From assembly GCA_036397095.1 (NCBI GenBank), contig DASWJQ010000039.1:1422-65421 (forward strand): a stretch of 64,000 nucleotides of DNA, given 5' to 3'. The translations under genes were made by a program, and so were the position numbers. Positions within the stretch are counted from its first letter, which is position 1, and every line of letters begins with the position of its first letter. This DNA is from Anaerolineales bacterium. Lineage in GTDB: Bacteria; Chloroflexota; Anaerolineae; Anaerolineales; E44-bin32. This document shows, one piece after another, positions 50,538 to 59,038 of this stretch. The notes under the pieces are model-generated. The model saw nothing but the letters and a program-made list of their open reading frames with translations. It ran no database searches and was not told the origin of the DNA.

Positions 50538-51683
50538 ATGGAGACCGACGGAAAGATCAACTACGACGACATCCAGATTGTGGGCGACGGCCGCGGCACG
50601 ATGCAGGGCGACTACCTGCTCAACAAGGACCGTCCGATGGACCGCACCCGCTGGCTGCTCGAGTGCTTCCCCGAATGGGGCCGCTACCTGAACCGCCAAA
50701 TCGAGGAAACGGTCGTCGAGAAGGGCACCTACGCCATGTGGTGGACCGGCGGTATGGGCTTCGTGCTCAAGTCGCCCGGCGGCGCAGTGCTGCTGGTCGA
50801 CAACTACGCCGGTCCGGCTCACTACACCGAGTACGAGTACTGCGGCGTGTGCCGCACCTCGGGCTCGCCAACGATCGACTGGCTGCGGCTCAACCCGCAA
50901 GTGATCGACATCTTCGGCTTCGAAACGCTGGACGCTGTGTTCTGCAGCCACCAGCACGCCGACCACACCGACATCTACACGCTGAAGGCCGCCACCCAGA
51001 CGACCGAGGCCCAGTTTTATGCCCCCTTGTCGTCGGTCGAGCGCATGCGCAATTTCAAGGTGCCGGAAGATCGCATTACTGTCGTGCGGCCCGGCCAGTC
51101 GTACAAGATCAAGGACGTCGAAGTCCAGATCCTGCCCAATTACGACCGTATCGCCACCATGACCGGCGGCCCCGGCGTCGAGGTTCAACCGGGCGTGCGC
51201 CGGCCCTACGACGACGTCGCCGTCACCTTCTTTTTCAAGTTCCCCGGCGGCGTCAATCTGTGCCACCTGGCCGACACCCTGTTCCAGAACGCCTACGTTA
51301 CCTTCAAGCAGTACGACGTCGACGTAATTACATTCAATATCGGTTCGAATGCCCCCGGCGCCACCGACAAGATGACCCCCTGGGACTCGGTGCGGGTGGC
51401 CGAAGCCATCGGCGCCAAGGTGCTTATGCCGATGCACTGGGACAACTGGGGCAACACCTACATCGATCCGGCGACCGTTCCGATGGTCGCTGACAAGATC
51501 TTGCCGCAGGCCAAGGTGGTGATTCCGGCCTGGGGCGTAAAGTGGGTCTACCCGGCCCAGGCCGGCATCGGCCGCATGCGCTGGCCCGACTGGCGCGAGC
51601 GCTACCGGCCCGAGCACTCGTGGGAGTATGGCCAGCCGGCGCAAGAGGCGGCCGACGCCCGCGGCGAGTTCATCCCGTACTAG
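50538..51683 (+). CDS. UlaG-like metallo-beta-lactamase-fold lactonase
   Basis: Collinear with E. coli UlaG. WLLECFPEWGRYLNRQIEE..VEKGTYAMWWTGGMGFVLKSPGG aligns with [42 protein letters not shown]. It also has the HQHADH metal motif and ATDKMTPWDSVRVAEAIGAKVLMPMHWD. Confidence 0.75.
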   Translation: METDGKINYDDIQIVGDGRGTMQGDYLLNKDRPMDRTRWLLECFPEWGRYLNRQIEETVVEKGTYAMWWTGGMGFVLKSPGGAVLLVDNYAGPAHYTEYEYCGVCRTSGSPTIDWLRLNPQVIDIFGFETLDAVFCSHQHADHTDIYTLKAATQTTEAQFYAPLSSVERMRNFKVPEDRITVVRPGQSYKIKDVEVQILPNYDRIATMTGGPGVEVQPGVRRPYDDVAVTFFFKFPGGVNLCHLADTLFQNAYVTFKQYDVDVITFNIGSNAPGATDKMTPWDSVRVAEAIGAKVLMPMHWDNWGNTYIDPATVPMVADKILPQAKVVIPAWGVKWVYPAQAGIGRMRWPDWRERYRPEHSWEYGQPAQEAADARGEFIPY

Positions 51684-51714
51684 CCATGATGTCCAACGGA
51701 TTGAGGTTCAACCC

Positions 51715-52626
51715 GTGCCCGCGTTGACAAAAGTCGGATTCATCGGCCTGGGCCTGATGGGCGCGCCGATGGCGGCCAACATCGCCCGCGCCGGCTACCC
51801 GCTGACGGTCTACAACCGGTCGGCGGACAAGGCCAAGCCACTTTTGGCGCTGGGGGCTTCGCTGGCGGACACACCGGCGGCGCTCGCCGCCGCCAGCAAT
51901 GTCGTCATCAGCATGTTGGCCGATGCCGCCGCCGTCCACCAGGTTGCCTTCGGCGCCGGTGGTCTGACCAGCATCCCCGGCGGCTGCCTGACCGACATGA
52001 GCACGATTGCCCCCGACCAATCTCAGGAGCACGCCCGCCGTTTGGCAGAACACGGGTGGTCGATGATCGACGCCCCCGTCATCGGCAGCACAGGCCCGGC
52101 CGAGGCCGGCACCCTGGGCATCCTGTCCGGCGGCGAGCTTGACCTGGTCGAACAACACCGGGATCTGCTTGAAACCCTGGGCGCGCTCCACTACCTGGGC
52201 GCCCAGGGCGCCGGCGCGCTGGCCAAGATGTGCTTCAACTTGATGGTGGCCGCCCAGGTTGGCTCGCTGGCCGAAGCCATGTTCTTAGGGGCCGCCGGTG
52301 GACTGGACATTGGCCAACTGGCCGACATCATCAGCGGCAGTGGCATCGCCTCCAGTTTGATCCAGCGCAAAGCGGCCAATATGGTCGCCGGCGACTTCCC
52401 GCCGGCTTTCCCGCTCAACCATATGCAGAAGGACCTGGGCTTAATGATCCGCACTTCGGACCGGCTCGGTGCCTTCCTGCCGGGCACAGCCAGTTATCAC
52501 CAGCTTTACAGCGCCGCCCGCGGCAAGGGAATGGGTGACCTCGACTTCTCGGCGGTCTACCGTTTCTTGGTCGGGGCCGTCAGCAACGGCCAGCCGGCGG
52601 CATCATCGGACTTACGAGGAGACTAG
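51715..52626 (+). CDS. HIBADH-family NAD(P)-dependent dehydrogenase (tartronate-semialdehyde reductase / L-threonate dehydrogenase-like)
   Basis: KVGFIGLGLMGAPMAANIARAG Rossmann motif, DAPV.GS, and the length and pattern of 3-hydroxyisobutyrate dehydrogenase relatives. GTG 51715 has GAGG 8 nt upstream. Confidence 0.75.
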   Translation: MPALTKVGFIGLGLMGAPMAANIARAGYPLTVYNRSADKAKPLLALGASLADTPAALAAASNVVISMLADAAAVHQVAFGAGGLTSIPGGCLTDMSTIAPDQSQEHARRLAEHGWSMIDAPVIGSTGPAEAGTLGILSGGELDLVEQHRDLLETLGALHYLGAQGAGALAKMCFNLMVAAQVGSLAEAMFLGAAGGLDIGQLADIISGSGIASSLIQRKAANMVAGDFPPAFPLNHMQKDLGLMIRTSDRLGAFLPGTASYHQLYSAARGKGMGDLDFSAVYRFLVGAVSNGQPAASSDLRGD

Positions 52627-52629
52627 GCA

Positions 52630-53511
52630 ATGGCATCAACCAAGCAAGAAGTCCTTTACTTCGCACCCGCCAGCCTGGAAGCGGCCCTCGAACTATTGGA
52701 CCAGCACGCTGGCAAACTAAACGTGCTGGCGGGCGGCACCGACCTGGTGCGGGATATGAACCTCAAGTTCAAGGTCCCGCCTGGCTTCATGTGGATCGGC
52801 AAGATCGGGCTGGAGTACGTCGAACGCCAGAACGGTCATCTGCGGGTTGGGGCCGCCACCCGCATGCAGACCGCCGGCAGTTCCGAAGTGCTGCGCCAGC
52901 AGGGCGCCGCCGTCGCCCGGGCCGCCGGCAAGCTGGCCAGTCCGCCAGTGCGTTCGCTGGCCACCCTGGGCGGCAATCTGGTCAACGCCTCTCCGGGCGC
53001 CGACACCGCCTGCGCCTTGCTCGGATTGGGCGCCGAGGTCGTGCTCACATCCAAGGGCGGCAGCCGGACGGTTCTGCTCGAGGCGTTCTTCACCGGCCCC
53101 GGCGAGACGGTCATCAAGCCCAACGAGCTGATGACCGAGATCGTGTTCAAGCCAACCGGCAAGGGGCAGGGCTCGGCCTACGCCAAGGTCGGGCGCCGTC
53201 AGGCGATGACGCTGGCGGTGCTCAACGCCGCCGCTCGCGTCGAGCTTGATGGCGATGGAAAATGCAGCGATGTTCGCATCGCCGTCGGCGCTGCCGCGCC
53301 GACCCCGCTGCGGGCGGTCGAAGCCGAAACGCTGCTGCGCGGCCAGCCCTGGACGGAAGAGGCCATTGAGGCCGCCGCCGCCAAGGCCGCCGAAGAGATC
53401 AAACCGATCGATGATGTACACGGCACCGCCTGGTACCGGCGTAAGTTGGCCCGCGTTTTGGTCGGGCGCACCTTGCGCGAGGCCGGCGAGATCGCCCAAG
53501 GAGCGAGGTAG
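52630..53511 (+). CDS. Molybdenum hydroxylase FAD-binding subunit (CoxM/XdhB/NdhF-like)
   Basis: 293 aa: ...LAGGTDL..., the ATLGGNL motif and a C-terminal CO-dehydrogenase flavoprotein domain (PIDDVHGTAWYRR). Confidence 0.85.
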   Translation: MASTKQEVLYFAPASLEAALELLDQHAGKLNVLAGGTDLVRDMNLKFKVPPGFMWIGKIGLEYVERQNGHLRVGAATRMQTAGSSEVLRQQGAAVARAAGKLASPPVRSLATLGGNLVNASPGADTACALLGLGAEVVLTSKGGSRTVLLEAFFTGPGETVIKPNELMTEIVFKPTGKGQGSAYAKVGRRQAMTLAVLNAAARVELDGDGKCSDVRIAVGAAAPTPLRAVEAETLLRGQPWTEEAIEAAAAKAAEEIKPIDDVHGTAWYRRKLARVLVGRTLREAGEIAQGAR

Positions 53512-53517
53512 ACACCG

Positions 53518-53988
53518 ATGGACTACCCGATCAAGTTCACCCTTAACAGCGCCGAAGTCGAAGTGGAAGCGCCGGCCACCATCAACTTGCTGCGCTTGCT
53601 GCGCGACTACCTCGATGTCACCGGCCCCAAGTTTGGTTGCGAGCAAGGCAACTGCGGCGCCTGTACCGTGCATATTGACGGCGAAGCCGCCAACGCCTGC
53701 CTGGTTCACGGCCTGACAATCGACGGGCGTGAAGTGACCACTGTTGAGGGGCTGGGAACGATGGAGGCGCCCGATCCACTGCAGCTGGCTTTCTACGAGC
53801 ATTACGGCGCCCAGTGCGGCTTCTGCACGCCGGGCATGCTGATGGCCTCCAAGGCCCTGCTCGACCATAACCCCCACCCCACGCGCGACGACGTGGTTGA
53901 AGCCATCGTCGGCAACGTCTGCCGCTGCACCGGCTACAACAAGATCATCGAATCGGTGCTAGCAGCGGCCGACGCGGCGCGCGAATAG
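53518..53988 (+). CDS. Molybdenum hydroxylase [2Fe-2S] subunit (CoxS/NdhS-like)
   Basis: GCEQGNCGACTV and CGFCTPG...C.CTGY cysteine clusters. 156 aa. Confidence 0.9.
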   Translation: MDYPIKFTLNSAEVEVEAPATINLLRLLRDYLDVTGPKFGCEQGNCGACTVHIDGEAANACLVHGLTIDGREVTTVEGLGTMEAPDPLQLAFYEHYGAQCGFCTPGMLMASKALLDHNPHPTRDDVVEAIVGNVCRCTGYNKIIESVLAAADAARE

Positions 53989-54005
53989 GCCGAGGGAGGA
54001 CAACC

Positions 54006-55316
54006 ATGACCGAACACAAGTATGTAGGCCAGCGGCTGCCGCGCTACGACGGCATGCAGCATGTCACCGGCAAGACCCAGTTCGTCGGCGACATGCGGAT
54101 GCACGGCATGCTCTACGTCAAAGCCTGGCGATCCCCGGTGGCCTCGGCCACCATTAGCCGGATCGATGTCAGCCAGGCGAAGGCACTTCCCGGTGTGGTC
54201 GCCGTCATCACCCATGAGCAAGTGCCCAATAACCGCTACGGCTTTGCCGGCGACTTTCCGGTCCTGGCCGACACGGAAATCCGCTACAAGGGTCAGGAAG
54301 TGGCGGCCGTTGCCGCCGAGACCGAGGAGATCGCCCGCCAAGCCGTCGAACTGATCAAGGTCGACTACAAGGAACGGCCGGCCGTCCTCGATCCGTTCGA
54401 GGCCATGCGGCCCGATTCGGCCAAGGTCAGCCCAACGGGCAACTTCGTGATGTTCGACGGCAAGCCCTACCGGCCGGTGATCCGCGGCGATGTCGAGGCC
54501 GCCTTCGCACAGGCTGATCACATCATCGAAGGCTACTTCCGTACCGCCGCCCAAGAACATTGCCCGATCGAAACGCAAACCAGCGTGGTCCAAACCGACT
54601 CGATGGGCCGCACCCACATCCATACCGTCACCCAGGCGGTGTTCTTCAACCAGGGTACGCTGGCATCCATCCTGAAGAAGCCGCAATCCATGGTTCATAT
54701 GCTGGGCGGCATCGTCGGGGGCGGTTTCGGCGCCAAGAACGACCCTCACACCGATCACATCTGCGCCGTCCTGTCGCTCTACACCAACGGGCGGCCGGTG
54801 CGTTGGATCTGGACGCGCGAGGAAGAGTTCGTGGCCTCCACCCAACGCGGCGCCACCCACATGTTCTTCAAAGATGCAGTCACCAACGACGGGCACATCA
54901 TTGGCCGCCAGGTGCGCAGTGTGCGCGACGGCGGGGCTTATGTGTTGACCAACGACTATGTGGCGGCCAAGCACGCCTTCGCCGTCTCGGGCCCGTACAA
55001 CATCCCCAATATCCGGACGCACGCCTATGCCGTCCTGACCAATCGGCGGCCAACCAGTTCGATGCGCGGCTTTGGCATCTACCAGGCCTCGATTGGCCAT
55101 GAACTGCAGATCGAGCACATCGCCAAGCAACTGGGGATGGACTCGTGGCGCATCCGGTTCCTCAACGCCGTCCATGACGGCGATCTGTCCGCGACGCAGG
55201 CCGTGCTCAAAAACTGCGGGCTGATCGAATCGCTGCAGCAGACGGCCGAGCGGGCCGGTGTGAAGCTTGACGACGAGTTTCTACAACTGTCGTCGAAAGC
55301 AGTCAGGGAGGCATAA
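54006..55316 (+). CDS. Molybdopterin-binding subunit, N-terminal half (NdhL-like)
   Basis: 436 aa: an a/b-hammerhead region (VTGKTQFVGDM...GMLY.K..RSP.A.A.I..ID.S.A..LPGV) and the first MoCo-binding segment. Ends with TAA directly abutting the next ATG. Confidence 0.8.
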   Translation: MTEHKYVGQRLPRYDGMQHVTGKTQFVGDMRMHGMLYVKAWRSPVASATISRIDVSQAKALPGVVAVITHEQVPNNRYGFAGDFPVLADTEIRYKGQEVAAVAAETEEIARQAVELIKVDYKERPAVLDPFEAMRPDSAKVSPTGNFVMFDGKPYRPVIRGDVEAAFAQADHIIEGYFRTAAQEHCPIETQTSVVQTDSMGRTHIHTVTQAVFFNQGTLASILKKPQSMVHMLGGIVGGGFGAKNDPHTDHICAVLSLYTNGRPVRWIWTREEEFVASTQRGATHMFFKDAVTNDGHIIGRQVRSVRDGGAYVLTNDYVAAKHAFAVSGPYNIPNIRTHAYAVLTNRRPTSSMRGFGIYQASIGHELQIEHIAKQLGMDSWRIRFLNAVHDGDLSATQAVLKNCGLIESLQQTAERAGVKLDDEFLQLSSKAVREA

Positions 55317-56378
55317 ATGGCGAAGAAACGAGGCGTAGGCATCTCCGCCGTCTGGTATCCAACCGGCATGAGCGGCGGCGGCGATCCCAGCCAGGCCATC
55401 ATCAAGATGCAGCCGGACGGCAGCGTGGATGTGTTGATTGGCACGGTCGATATCGGCCAAGGCGTGCGGACTGTCGTGCGCCAAATCGCCGCCGAGGAAC
55501 TGGGCGTGCCGATCGAGCGAGTAAGCGTGACCGTCGTCGATACGGATTCCAGCCCACTAGACACCGGTACGTTTGCCAGCCGTGCCACCCACCAGACGGG
55601 CAATGCCGTGCTGCAAGCGGCGGCCGAGGCTCGCCAGGTGCTGCTCGAGGTCGGCGCCCAACAACTGGGCGTTGAACCCGAAGCGTTGGTGCTGGAGAAT
55701 GACACGGTTGTCGTCAAGGATCACCCCGAGCAGGCCATCCCGATTCCCGACGTGGCCAGTCATGCCACTTGGGCGGAACGCCGGCTGATCGCTGGCCGGG
55801 GGGCCTTTGGCTGGGCGGTGGCCAAGGTCGACAGTGAAACCGGCCAAGGCGAACCGCTCCACACCATGGCCTACGGCGCCACCTTGGCCGAGGTCGAGGT
55901 CGACACCGAGACCGGCGAGGTCAAGGTGCTCAAGCTGGTCAGCGCTTACGACTGCGGCAAGGCGATCAACCGCTTGCTGGTCGAAGGCCAAATCGACGGG
56001 GGCGCCGCCATGGGCCTGGGGTCGGCCTTGATGGAGGAGCTACACCCCTACTACCCGTCCCTCGAGCACCACCCGACCGGATTCTTCTCGTACATGCTGC
56101 CAACGGCCAAGGACGTACCGCCACTGGAGGCCGTGATCGTCGAGATGAATTCCGACACCGGTCCCTATGGCGCCAAGGGGATCGGCGAGATGACGGCCAA
56201 TTCGCAAGCACCGGCCATCATCAACGCCATCCACGACGCTATCGGAGTCTGGATCACCGACATCCCCGCCACCTCGGAAAAGGTGCTGCGGGCGATCGAG
56301 GCCCAGGCCGGCGAAGACATCCAGCCGGGCTATGTACCACCCGAGCCGTACTGGCCGCATGAAGCCATTGCCGGCTGA
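55317..56378 (+). CDS. Molybdopterin-binding subunit, C-terminal half (NdhM-like)
   Basis: 353 aa: IGQG..T...QIAAEELG....V.V...DT, GTFASRAT, and the GAKGIGEMT.....PAI.NAIHDA active-site Glu loop. AGGGAGG RBS 5 nt upstream. Confidence 0.8.
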   Translation: MAKKRGVGISAVWYPTGMSGGGDPSQAIIKMQPDGSVDVLIGTVDIGQGVRTVVRQIAAEELGVPIERVSVTVVDTDSSPLDTGTFASRATHQTGNAVLQAAAEARQVLLEVGAQQLGVEPEALVLENDTVVVKDHPEQAIPIPDVASHATWAERRLIAGRGAFGWAVAKVDSETGQGEPLHTMAYGATLAEVEVDTETGEVKVLKLVSAYDCGKAINRLLVEGQIDGGAAMGLGSALMEELHPYYPSLEHHPTGFFSYMLPTAKDVPPLEAVIVEMNSDTGPYGAKGIGEMTANSQAPAIINAIHDAIGVWITDIPATSEKVLRAIEAQAGEDIQPGYVPPEPYWPHEAIAG

Positions 56379-56418
56379 TCGAAGCAACTTCCAGATACCG
56401 GGAGACGGATTGAGTCCT

Positions 56419-57315
56419 ATGTCGAAGACCCCGAGGAAGCGAGCCCCCAGCGCGGACCAAGGCGAGACCTTCTGCGTCGGCTCGGTCTGTCTCCCGGTTC
56501 ACCTTGGCAACGACAGCCAGTTCATCCCGCACCCCCAGGTGTATGTCGAACCGTCCCAGGGCTACCTGGAGAAACTGGCCTACGCCGTGGAAACTAACTT
56601 GCCGGCGCTGTTGATCGGCGAGACCGGCGTCGGCAAGACGCTGGCGGTGCGCCACCTGGCGTCCAAAACCAACAACGGGCTGCGCCGGGTCAACCTGAAC
56701 GGTGCGACCACCGTCGACGAGTTCCTCGGCAAGCTGCTGATCAACGAGCAGGGCACCTACTGGGTCAATGGGGTACTCGTCGATGCCATGCTGGCGGGCG
56801 ACTGGATTCTGCTTGACGAGATCAACGCCACCCTGCCCGAGATCGCCTTCTGTCTTCACTCGCTGCTGGATGACGATCGTATGGTGGTCCTGATGGAATA
56901 CGACGGTCGGATCGTGCGGCCGCATCCCAACTTCCGCTTATTCGCCAGCATGAACCCCAGCGAGCAGGCTCGTTACGGCGGCACCAAGACGCTCAATGAG
57001 GCGTTGCTCGACCGCTTCCCGGTCGTCATTCGGATGGACTACCTGTCGGAGAACGAGGAAGTGGCCGCCGTCATCGCCCAATCCGGCCAAAAGGACGAAG
57101 GGGTGGTGCGGCGCATGGTGCGCTGTGCCAACGAGGTGCGGGCCGCCATCGGCCAAGAAAAGGTGTTCGGCTCCTTCAGCACCCGGCGAGTCACCGACTG
57201 GGCTCGGATGAGCCTGCAGTTCGATGTGCGCGAAAGCGCCGATGTGACCGTGCTCAGCAAGCTGAACCCGTTCGACGCCGAGGTGGTGGAGGACATCGTT
57301 GACAACTACTTCTGA
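56419..57315 (+). CDS. AAA_5-type ATPase (CbbQ/NorQ/CoxD-like)
   Basis: Walker A LLIGETGVGKT, Walker B WILLDEINA, and the HPNFRLFASMNP and LLDRF sensor motifs. Confidence 0.8.
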   Translation: MSKTPRKRAPSADQGETFCVGSVCLPVHLGNDSQFIPHPQVYVEPSQGYLEKLAYAVETNLPALLIGETGVGKTLAVRHLASKTNNGLRRVNLNGATTVDEFLGKLLINEQGTYWVNGVLVDAMLAGDWILLDEINATLPEIAFCLHSLLDDDRMVVLMEYDGRIVRPHPNFRLFASMNPSEQARYGGTKTLNEALLDRFPVVIRMDYLSENEEVAAVIAQSGQKDEGVVRRMVRCANEVRAAIGQEKVFGSFSTRRVTDWARMSLQFDVRESADVTVLSKLNPFDAEVVEDIVDNYF

Positions 57316-59038
57316 GCCGGCCGCCGACCCCCGGCTCGAGTCCTTGCGCCTGCGCCTCGAACGGCTGCTTCAGGTCACGGCCGGTCAATTCGACCTGCGA
57401 TTTGCCTTCGGAGACCGTGATTGGCTGGGGGTGGGCGAACTCCAGCTCAATGCCGATCCGGCCCAGGTGATTGCCCTGCCCTACGCGCACCTCAAGGGCC
57501 GGGCGCTGCATTTGTTCGGCCACTTGCGCGAAGAGAGTCATCGCTGGCTTCCCCGGGCCCAGCAGCTGGAAGCCGCCGGCCGGCCGCATTTCGCCCGCCT
57601 GTGGCACGCACTCGAAGACGCCCGGCTCGAAAACCGGTTGATCGCCCGTTGGCCGGGGATGGCCAAACACCTGGATGCCAAGATCCCGCCCAAGTTGGGC
57701 GGCAGCTTGCTCCGCCTGGCCACACCCACCCGCCAGATTGAGCTGGGCCTGTATTACCTGGGACGCGGCCTGGCCGGCGCCCAATTCAGCCGGCGAGTTG
57801 CCCGGTTGTTTGACCAGGCCGGGACCCTGATCCAGTCCGCCTGCCAAGCCGAAACGGCCGAAGCCACCGTGGCCGCCGCCGAAGCCTTGTATCCGTTGGC
57901 CGTCCCCTTCTTGCGCGGCCAAATGGCCGAATCCGATGAACTGCCCCAGAGCCATCCGCTGCCAAGTGATCCAGCGGAAGACCCGTCGGAGCCTGAAGCC
58001 GACCGCTCCCAACCAGCGCCGCTCATCGGGCTCGACAATGACTTGCTTGGGGCCGGTGATCCCGCCGATGTGCCCCAGGCTGACCGCTTTGCAGTCGGCA
58101 GCCTGCCCTGGTTCGAGCGCGGCTTGGGCGCCAAACAAGTCCACCCGAGTGTGGTGCAGAGTGACCGGCAGACGATCGTGCTGCCTCCGCCACACGATCC
58201 CGCAGCCTACCGAAGCATGCTGGCCGACGTCCAGGGCGATGCCCGCCGCCTGGCCCAACGTCTTCGCCTGGTCTACCAGGAGAGCCAGTACCTTCGTTTT
58301 GGCGGCCGCTTCCGCAGCGGCAAGCTCGACAACGCCCGCCTGTGGCGCCAGCGCAGTGGCAGCTACCGCTTGTTCCAGCGACGCCTGGAACCGCTCGACC
58401 GCCAGTGGGCGGTCAGCCTGCTGATCGATGAGAGCGCCAGCATGCGATCCGACGCCAGGTGCCGAGTGGCCGCGCTGGCCGCGGTGCTCATTGGCGAGGC
58501 GCTGGCCGAGCTCGAGATTCCATTCGAAATCATCGGCTTCAGCACCGACCAGTTCGAGGCCGAAGCCGCCCTGGGCCTTGGCCTGCGGCCGGCGCACGCC
58601 TACCGCACCACCCGCTGCAGCCGCCTCGAACACCGGCTCTACAAGAGCTACGACGAGCCATATCGCCTGGCGGCTCGCCGGCTTCCCGGCATCGAAGCCC
58701 GGCACAACAACTGGGATGAAGAACACCTGTGGTTTGCCTTCCGTCGGCTCCAAGGAAGGCGCGCCGCCCACCGCATGATGCTGGTCGTCTGCGATGGCCA
58801 GCCGAACGGTGATGCCGATCACCTGATCGCCACGGTCCGCCAGCTCGAACGGCTTGGTACGACCGTCATCGGCATCGGGATCGGCGAGGACTTCGTGCGC
58901 CGCGCTTATCGGCGCGCCATTGTCGCAACCGATATTCCTTCGCTCGCCCGGGCGCTGATGGAAATCCTGGCGCGCGAGCTAGGGCGCAGCCCGACGGCTG
59001 TTCGGGGCGCCGCTCCCGCAGGGGTCGGGCTTCCATAG
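57299..59038 (+). CDS. VWA domain protein (NorD/CbbO/CoxE-like partner of the AAA_5 ATPase)
   Basis: 579 aa. The C-terminal VWA domain has MIDAS residues (LLIDESASMRS ... VVCDGQPNGD). The N-terminal region contains the LWHALEDARLE motif seen in NorD/CobT-like proteins. TTG start with GGAGG 7 nt upstream. Confidence 0.7.
   Translation: MTTTSEPAADPRLESLRLRLERLLQVTAGQFDLRFAFGDRDWLGVGELQLNADPAQVIALPYAHLKGRALHLFGHLREESHRWLPRAQQLEAAGRPHFARLWHALEDARLENRLIARWPGMAKHLDAKIPPKLGGSLLRLATPTRQIELGLYYLGRGLAGAQFSRRVARLFDQAGTLIQSACQAETAEATVAAAEALYPLAVPFLRGQMAESDELPQSHPLPSDPAEDPSEPEADRSQPAPLIGLDNDLLGAGDPADVPQADRFAVGSLPWFERGLGAKQVHPSVVQSDRQTIVLPPPHDPAAYRSMLADVQGDARRLAQRLRLVYQESQYLRFGGRFRSGKLDNARLWRQRSGSYRLFQRRLEPLDRQWAVSLLIDESASMRSDARCRVAALAAVLIGEALAELEIPFEIIGFSTDQFEAEAALGLGLRPAHAYRTTRCSRLEHRLYKSYDEPYRLAARRLPGIEARHNNWDEEHLWFAFRRLQGRRAAHRMMLVVCDGQPNGDADHLIATVRQLERLGTTVIGIGIGEDFVRRAYRRAIVATDIPSLARALMEILARELGRSPTAVRGAAPAGVGLP

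Noticed and set aside
55311-55322. The in-frame TAA between the two Mo-subunit ORFs read as a nonsense mutation (pseudogene) or a recoding site.
   Set aside because: Tentatively rejected. The second ORF begins with an ATG directly after the stop and has a strong AGGGAGG RBS. Both halves retain their conserved motifs, and a natural split with similar subunit sizes is known (NdhL/NdhM). It still needs checking against relatives, so it is kept as a finding.
56419-59038. The AAA_5 + VWA pair as a stand-alone MoxR/VWA conflict (defence) system.
   Set aside because: The pair is tightly packed on the same strand with the Mo-hydroxylase subunits upstream (about 40-nt gap) and overlaps a dehydrogenase gene downstream. 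No effector, nuclease or protease partner is present. The CoxD/E- or NorQ/D-type chaperone role fits better.
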